The notes under the pieces are model-generated. The model was given only the letters and a program-made list of their open reading frames with translations. It was not told where the DNA came from and searched no databases. The position numbers and the translations under genes were made by a program. A stretch of DNA of 64,000 bases from Chrysomallon squamiferum. Its lineage: Eukaryota > Animalia > Mollusca. This document shows, piece by piece, positions 55,734-64,000 of this stretch; the stretch's first letter is position 1; each line of letters begins with the position of its first letter. Location of the stretch: the NCBI GenBank assembly GCA_012295275.1, contig CM022665.1, forward strand, positions 19,654,001 through 19,718,000, given 5' to 3'.

Positions 55734-57090
55734 GAATGTGAGAAAACTATATTCATAAACAACAAATCCAATAAGAACGGTAAAAGTAATTGTGATGAAA
55801 AACTATAATACTATTTTACACTCGCCCTAATTTTCAAAAATCAGTAGACTAACATAAAACACATGGTCAGTAATAAATTGAATTCATGAATAAACACTAA
55901 TGTAATCTATTTATTCAGTGTATCCGGTGTTAGAATCCCAGTAGCAATTATTTAGTCTGCAGTCACTGTATTTGCTTTAAATCGTTATTCCAGCCGAGTC
56001 TGAAACACAGGGATCAGTCCCACTTAATGGCGTGGCAGAGGGGACTAAGAGCAACTCGTCAGTTTGTCACGACAGACCTTCAGATAAAGAAGTAAGCAAC
56101 ATTTGCGTAATGTAAACAGATAATTATCAAAGAAAATCATGTATTCACTGTAGGTATAGACGTCAAATTGTTTATTAATATTATTAAATATAAACAGTTA
56201 TATAAGCGAGTTTATTATTGTTTAATATTGGATATTGGATTAATTATTATTTTGAAAGACACTTTCACATTGTCTATAACAAATGTCTCTAGGAATAAAT
56301 AATATTAACACACTAGACAAATAGACTACCTGTTTATAAATGACTAGAATAGCGTTTAATAATTCATATTTATTAGTGATGGCAATTTAAAATATAGCTC
56401 TACATCTAATGCAATGATATTACAACGTAATTATTTTAAAGTTTTACAGGACACCATTACATCGTGGAATGATTTTGGTTTTAAATTAAATATTAAAATA
56501 TCCTTATTCATCCAGATTGTGAAAACATTCAGTATATTTTTAAGCAGACAATTCGAAAGCTTGCTTTTCACTTACGACAGACATACGAGAGAAAAACATT
56601 GGATTCATTTTATCCAGCATTTCAGTGATGCGCCTTTTCTCGCGCAGGTCCACAGACTATGTCTTTGTCCCGGAAGGAGGTCACATTCAGTTAATATAAG
56701 AAGACAGTAATAATAAAACATGAAAAACAAAATAATAATAATGACAACACCACAAACATTTTTTTTTTTTATTATTTATTTGACTAGAAGTGCAGTCCGC
56801 CAACTCGATATATAAATACGGCACCAATGACAAAAATATTCATCATTAATCAGAATTAGAGCTCTGTTGGGAATACACTAATCTGAATATGTGAAAACAA
56901 ATCAGCAAGCATGACAAGCATGATTAACGGGATCGTTTCTTAAACCGTTATGCTTAAACTTTGTGGAAATAATAAATAAGTAAACAAATAAATCAGAGAA
57001 CAAACAGTCCATAAAAATATGTGGGTAATAATAATTATATATCGTTTGTGTGATAACTGTACAGAAAAAAAAATAATAATAATAAAAAAA

Positions 57091-57122
<32 letters not shown>

Positions 57123-57276
57123 AAAAAGGAATGAAAGAAAAACAAAAAGAAAGCAAGATCTTCATTAATTAGGTAAATTTAAATTTATAAATAAAAATAA
57201 CATGATTCGAGAATATTAAAAACTTCGAATGTGAATCATCTATCATAAGCAATAATTACTGATAATTACTAATATG

Positions 57277-57278
<2 letters not shown>

Positions 57279-57371
<93 letters not shown>
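57279..57371. repeat. (CT)n microsatellite
   Basis: Direct reading. Confidence 0.95.
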
Positions 57372-57375
<4 letters not shown>

Positions 57376-59422
57376 TATATTTTTTTAATTTTAATTTTAT
57401 ATTTTGTCTCCATGCTATCAGTACATTTTTGACATTAAATATAACATATATGCTTTATTCGTAGAGGCGGTCCGTGTTTTTTGTTTGTTGCTGTTTCTGT
57501 TGCTGTTTCTATTATTATTATTATTGTTGTTGTTGTTGTTTTTGTTGTTATTTTTTTTCTTAACACATTTAATAAAATTAAAATTTAAGTAATCGATGAT
57601 ACAAAAAGAAAAAAATGAAACAGTTAGAAGCAGATGGTTATCTGAATGTGCATACATAATACAGTAATATCATACACAATAAAACAGCCACACAAGAGAG
57701 ACAGAAAAAAAAAATGTCACGTGCTAATCAGAGCGAGCTGTTGTGAAATTCGTCTACGACAGCCACGCTCTGTGACAAAGCCAGAGGGTGTGTCTGTCGC
57801 ATATAAAACAGTAAAGATAACATCTGTTTTATACAAAAAATTAATGTAGTTGTCATTGAGAAGTGGTGGCTATATATAAAATTAAAGTAAAAATGAATTC
57901 ATCATGAGGCAACATTTAGGTATTTATCTTAGAAAGGTAGATGTCATATACAGGTGCCCTCAGATTTATGTTTGACTGTGTATTTATATGTGCCTGGAGA
58001 GAGATAAAGAGAACGTCTTAGTTTAGTTTAATTGTGTCATTCTTTGCTAATGTAGTTGAACCATTTTTTTTTTAGGGAAATAAATCGAAAAGTATAAAGG
58101 GGCAAATATCTTCAGTCACTTTTCTCTTGTTTTCATGCAATGCTTCGAGGAACATTCTGTTCCCTTCTTCTCAGATGTATAGAACTTTTGTTTGTTTTCT
58201 CAAGCTCAGATTAAGACTATATGTGTGTGTGTGCATGTGTGCTTGTTATTACTGTTACTTATATATATATATATATATTAATAAAAATAATAATAATAAA
58301 TAAAACTGACTAATAAAACAGAACGAAAAAAGGCCAAATCAAATGATCCGAACAGTTTTACAGTGAAATATAGTAGTTTGTGCCTCTTGTGCCCTTAATA
58401 GGTATACTACATATAAAGAAGTGAATAATTAATATATCTTTTTCAGTGAGTAGATATTTGAAAATTTCCAAATACATATATACCATTTTAGTATAATTTA
58501 AAACGTATCACTACAGCTTGAATTATAATTGGAAAAAGCAATAAAAACATTTAGGAGCGTCAGTTCTGCATTTAACATTTTCTTTATGCAACTTTGTTTA
58601 TTTTCTGGGAAAATAGCACTAAAAATGCAAACTGGGCGATCTCCATAGACACTTTTTATGCATTACAAGCAATGCATTGATGAGCACGTGCCCAGTAAAC
58701 GAATTGACCAGTACGTGAAACTATTACGGATAAAGAACTGCGTGTCCGTCCATACGACGAGCTGATATCTTTAGTAGAGTCAAGTTGTTTTCTGTTATTG
58801 ATCACTTTATCAAAACAGTCAGTTATGCGCAAAATTTATGAACATAAAATAAACGCAATCTTCGGTCAATTTTTTGTGTGTCGAAAACCAAATGGCTTAC
58901 ATTCACCCTTCTCAGTGTTTCTGTTCAAAAACTATCATGACTTGAATTAACACAGCAAGTTTATCGAGTTTGTAAAATATTAATGCTGAATGAACAGTGT
59001 TGATAGTAAACATAAAACTCCTTGTACGAGAACGATTTTCCCAGCCAGTGAAATAGTATTTTAGTTAATATTCCTTTTAATCCTTGCTGTGGTCTTATGT
59101 TCTTACTGCTATCTCGTGTTTCTTTCAGCAGGTTTGTCACAAAGCTACTAAAACGTGCAAACTCGTACAGATAAAACCGTTATCAGCTAAACATTCTGAC
59201 ATAAAACATAATGACCATTTAACATGCAAATCGGTTAACATGTATTAACAGTGAACTATATTAGTACGTTTCACATAAACTGGCAAACGCATTTAAATAC
59301 AAATGCGCATCATTATTAAGCGATGTAGACAAAATATAATCGCGTGTGTTTGGTGATGACGCGATGATTCTGGAATCAGATTTAAAAGTGATCAGCGTAT
59401 GGGAAAAGACGGAATATATAAC

Positions 59423-59455
<33 letters not shown>

Positions 59456-59761
59456 GATCATTCATTTGAACCACTAATCTAAAACAGGTATTTATTGATG
59501 GTGCCTTGGATAATCACGGCCAACATTTCTGTAGAGTATAGTTTCCATTTAATGTACCTCCAAACTAATTTTAGTATAAATATTTATGAATTTTTGAAAT
59601 TACGAATATTTGATTTATTTATTTGTTTATATATTTTTTTACAGTTCGAACAATGAGCGGTTTTCTAATGATAAAGATTTTCCTCTTTTAACATCTCTAA
59701 ATCACTATATCGGAACCCGAACCCGTTTTCTCTCTCTCTCTCTCTCGTTATATATATATCT

Positions 59762-60457
59762 GAGCCAAAATCCGAATTACGAGCTAGATTCAGATACGCC
59801 ACCGCTAGTTGGCGCAACGAACAACACAACATCCTCCCACCATCCTGCGTCTCATTTGTTTGCTTCACCATGGTTACCTCGCCAGGGAAACATCTCTGTT
59901 GAATTGTGCTCGCGTTTTATGCGGTATTTTGGCAGATTTCCATGGATCCTAAGAAAGTGAGTGCAAAAGACAGTGCTGAGAAGAAGAAGCAGATGACGTC
60001 CATTGAATTAAAGCATGAAATCATAGAAAAACATGAGAGGTGTGCGTGTAGTCAAAGTGGCTAGGCAGTACAAGTGTAGTAATTTTTCGATATGTACCAT
60101 ACTGAAGCAAGAGTCGATAAAGGCTATATGTCCAGCCAAAGGCCTTAAAAAAATGTTTAAGCTTAGGACATCTGTCCATGAAGAGATGAAGAAACCCTAA
60201 CCCGGTAGACTTTACAAAACCAATTTATTTCTTGACATTCTCTTATATTTTGTTTTTATGCAATATTTGTCATTTATACATACATTTTTCTTATTTAAAA
60301 ACACATTAAACAAAAACTGTGGTGGCTTTTGGGGGAAGGAACTGATTAATGGTATTTCAATTAGTTTCATTTGGGAAAATTGATTTGATATACGAGCAAA
60401 TTTGAGTTACGAGCTCTGTCACGGAACGAATTAAATTCGTAAGACAAGGTACCACTG
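59762..60457 (+). mobile_element. Second copy of the same Tigger-like element, one terminus lost
   Basis: Right end ...AAGGTACCACTG|TA. ATG at 59942 reads MDPKKVSAKDSAEKKKQMTSIELKHEIIEKHER, then frameshifts into ..ARQY..SICTILKQ (Tigger/CENP-B HTH-like). Homologous to 25687-26370 in reverse complement. Confidence 0.85.
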
Positions 60458-60509
<52 letters not shown>

Positions 60510-61012
60510 AAGCTTTCCATAAACAGTTACAATTTAATTTGTGTAAGCAATAATTTAAAACTTTAATTTTTACTGTTGTCTTATGTAATTACTCAGCCCA
60601 AATTAAAAGTCAGACGATAGATGTTACGACACATTTTTAGCGATAATTCAAGTAAAAAAAAAGAAAAAAAAAGAAATGAATATCTTCTACAAATCTATAA
60701 ATTTGGCTTCCTACTTTTTTCTCCTCTTTTAATCATTACGAAGAATGGACCCAAGCGCCCAAGGAAGGAATCAATCTTTATTTGATGTCTTCAGTTGATT
60801 TAATTCTCAGAATATAAGATGAGGTCAACCAATCAAGAAGGAGTCTAGCCTTATACAAACTTTCTCTTTGTCAAGCAATAAAATAATCGATTCTTTTTTC
60901 CAGTTAACTTTATAACTGCCATTATTATATTTATGTATGCTATTTATTTATTAGTTGCTTAATTTTACTAATTCTATCAATCATATAATTATAAATATAA
61001 ATCAAACATATC

Positions 61013-61045
<33 letters not shown>

Positions 61046-61276
61046 AATAATAATAATAATGTGTATCTGTAAAGAATAGAGGTTGAAAAAGATAATTAAA
61101 TTAAATTATATATATATATATATATTACACAACAAATAGAAAATATTCACACAAAAAACAACAACAACGTGTAGATGCATTTTTATGTAAAAATAACTAA
61201 TTAATAATAGTAATTGTGATAATCATAATGACGATGTTGAATTAATAAATAAATAAATACATGTACGGTCGGTACA

Positions 61277-61277
<1 letters not shown>

Positions 61278-61341
<64 letters not shown>

Positions 61342-61542
61342 GACAGGGTGATAACGTCAGACGATCACGTGCCAAACTCTCGAAAGCAACTAACTTTTGT
61401 GAAGGGCTATCAGCGCCACTGCGTTCTGGAAAGTTTACTGTGTAAAGAACATAATTAGATGAGTATACAAAACGAGAAAATATCTATTCACACACAGACA
61501 CACACACACACACACAATCATGTATTCATACATACAGACACG

Positions 61543-61573
<31 letters not shown>

Positions 61574-61730
61574 GAACACACACATGCATACAAACACACA
61601 CATACATATACACATACATACATACATACAAATTCACACATATACATACATACATCAGCACATACACATACATACATACATACATATTCACACACACACA
61701 TACACACAGATATATATATATATATATACA
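61278..61730. repeat. (CA)n and degenerate CA/TA-rich simple repeat tracts
   Basis: Direct reading. Similar tracts occur at 42649-42689, 43638-43705 and 47401-47471. Confidence 0.9.
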
Positions 61731-62617
61731 AGACACTGTTAACATGGCTGAAAAAATAACATTTATTATTGTTGTACATACCCAAATAGTACATTGTAAA
61801 AAAAAAAAAACAAAGAAAATAATTTTTGCTGATTACAAAATTACCTGCATATTTTGTATTTTCAGCAATAATGATAGATAAACAAAAAAAAATTATATTT
61901 TGTTTGACTATGTAAAAATGTCTTATGTCTTATGACATCAGTAACGACTACTTGTATTAATCTCAGTAAACACTGATAGTAAGTACATACCGGTTAGTGT
62001 CTAAATCTTGATATTTAGACAAATTAGAAATTACTAGCATTTTTAACATAACAAATAATGAACGATGAAGTGGGAGTCATATCCAACAACCTTAAAGAAG
62101 TGGAAGTCATACAAATCTTTACAAATTTTCAAAGAGTAGGCTGCGGATCAATACATTAAAGCACTGTTTTGACGCAGATTTGAATTCCACTTTTAAATAT
62201 AACACTAACAAAGAAGGTGGAGATAGATAATGTTAGAAGTAAGATTAAAATAAAATGTCAGTAACAGGCAGTTATTAGTCTCCGAAATACAATGGCGGGA
62301 ATTTGGCATACTTATATTAAACACTTATTTTCCATTACAGGACGATCAACTATAGCTATCGTGTCTGCAATGGGCAGTTTTCTCTCAGTTTCGCTTAATA
62401 AAATTTAGGGTCTTAATATGTAAATCAAACAGTAATCTATTTCTGTGTTATTATAGTCGGTCAGACGTATTTCAGAGAGATGTGTGCTACTTTTCACGTG
62501 CTTTTTCTTCCTTTTTTTTTCTTTTTTTAAATTATTATTTATTTAATTTAGTTTTTGTACTGCTGACCATTTCTTCTTATTGTTATTTTGTTTGCTTTTG
62601 ACTTTATCATGTTGCTG

Positions 62618-62653
<36 letters not shown>

Positions 62654-63390
62654 TTTTTAAGCCCAAAGGGAAAAATGAGCCTTCATCTGAACAAAGATGA
62701 CAAATAAGTTCCATTTATTTTCTCTTTGTTAGCTGTATTAGTTGAAGATAATCCTGATGTCTTTTTACACTTACTAAGGAAATCAGGATGGAATGTCTAG
62801 TGGGTTTATGTCTGTTCGCCCTGTATCATACAAACCCACTGAATTAGTTTAGTGAACTGCGCCAGCCTATCGAGTCTCGACATTTCTCCTCGAAATGTAT
62901 TGGCTCCAAACGCAAACGCTGGCTATCCAATAAGGGATGTTACACATATTAATTATATGGAAGTCACGCCAACTACAAAGTATCAGAAAGCCGTATGTGA
63001 TAGAAGACATTTCATTTCAACTTCTTTAAGTTTGTAGCCAGATCAAACCGGTGTTCACGATTAACGGAGAATTGAGAAAGTTATTAATTGGAAGGTATAA
63101 ACTGAGCGACGCCAGTTCATTCTCCCGTTTGTAACGAACTTTCAAGAGACAAAACTGTTGCAAGTGAGATTCAGTTTATTAATTAGTCGAAGAATTCAAC
63201 CAAGACATTTAGCTGTTTTTTTCTAAAACACAAGGGAAAGGAAGAAAGAATAGAGGAAAAAAAACCACTAAAGGATTTTAAAAAACACTGACTAATACAT
63301 TTCACCTGGACATTTTTGTTTTATCACCTCTACAGCAACTGCTTAGTTGGTGATATCGTGAAGAAAACCACACTTTGTACTCGAAATAAC

Positions 63391-64000
63391 ATGAAGCCAG
63401 TTGCAAGTTCCAATTTGACAATGAATGTCACTGATTCGATGACAAAACCCAATTTAAGCATTTTGTTTCAGGTGGAAGAAAATACAGCGGCCATTGTGGT
63501 GCCCATACTTTTTGGTTTGATATTCATTGTTGGAATCGTTGGAAACGGCACCATCATTTTTATAGTTTTAAGAAACAAAGTTATGAGAAATTTGCCAAAT
63601 ATACTCATCGTAAGTCTTTCAATCGGGGATCTTCTCTTGATTTTAGTTTCAGTTCCTTTTTCGGCGACACAGTTCACTTTCACTTCGTGGCCATACGGAG
63701 AAGCTGTTTGCAAATTCAACTTTTTCATGCAGATGCTTTCGCTCGGTATTTCAATATTCACTCTAACTGCTTTGAGTATAGACAGATATTTCGCCATTGT
63801 GGATCCAATGAGCAAACACACTGGCAATACTTTAGCGAAGCCAGTTATTTTAGTGACTGTTACGTGGGTTTTGTCTGTAGTTTTAGCCATTCCTGACGGT
63901 ATTTTCAGTGAAACTATAGTACCAAACGAATCCAAAGTGCTCGTTTGTTTGTGGAACCCTATCAAATACGGTGAATTGTATACCAAAATACACACAGTGG
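63391..64000 (+). CDS. Second copy of the same neuropeptide GPCR (copy 2), truncated by the window end
   Basis: ATG at 63391 (MKPVASSNLTMNV...). 63391-64000 is the reverse complement of 18101-18710 with only two differences, at 63507 (ATT/ATA, Ile) and 63636 (CTT/CTC, Leu), both synonymous. It is missing from the ORF track because no stop is reached. Confidence 0.93.
   Translation, partial: MKPVASSNLTMNVTDSMTKPNLSILFQVEENTAAIVVPILFGLIFIVGIVGNGTIIFIVLRNKVMRNLPNILIVSLSIGDLLLILVSVPFSATQFTFTSWPYGEAVCKFNFFMQMLSLGISIFTLTALSIDRYFAIVDPMSKHTGNTLAKPVILVTVTWVLSVVLAIPDGIFSETIVPNESKVLVCLWNPIKYGELYTKIHTV

Larger units (their letters stand above)
58440..64000. repeat. Right arm of the large inverted duplication (partner ~18101-25400)
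   Basis: Same colinear reverse-complement blocks as for the left arm; continues beyond the window end. Confidence 0.92.

Noticed and set aside
63461-63472. ttttgtttcag|GTG inside the GPCR ORF looks like a splice acceptor
   Set aside because: The upstream frame is open from ATG and carries three N-glycosylation sequons typical of a GPCR N terminus. Cryptic use cannot be excluded without RNA data.
1-64000. tRNA, rRNA or prokaryotic systems
   Set aside because: None seen; the sequence is intron-containing eukaryotic DNA.

Overview
AT-rich, microsatellite-dense eukaryotic genomic DNA with GT-AG introns. Gene content suggests an invertebrate animal, plausibly a mollusc; that taxon call is inference only. 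Four coding units are supported. (1) An uninterrupted class A neuropeptide GPCR of the bombesin/CCHamide/excitatory-peptide receptor group on the minus strand (17592-18710). (2) A 5-coding-exon SLC16 (MCT8/MCT10-like) transporter (33425-38517, +). (3) A 12-exon secreted GH3 beta-xylosidase-like glycosidase (41302-48264, +). (4) A second, near-identical copy of the GPCR on the plus strand (63391 to window end). The main structure is a large inverted duplication. The two GPCRs sit head-to-head about 44.7 kb apart and enclose the transporter and glycosidase. Their arms are a mosaic: 608/610 identity in the CDS, two perfectly identical ~205-bp non-coding islands, and heavily diverged sequence in between. 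This pattern suggests patchy gene conversion, although assembly collapse is not excluded. By-eye alignment also indicates a decayed third GPCR copy (~14.4-16.3 kb), a promoter-like remnant at the window start predicting a further paralogue just outside the window, and several older duplicated non-coding modules. Tigger, hAT and MITE remnants and degenerate minisatellites are present. All alignments were done by eye; no database searches were run.
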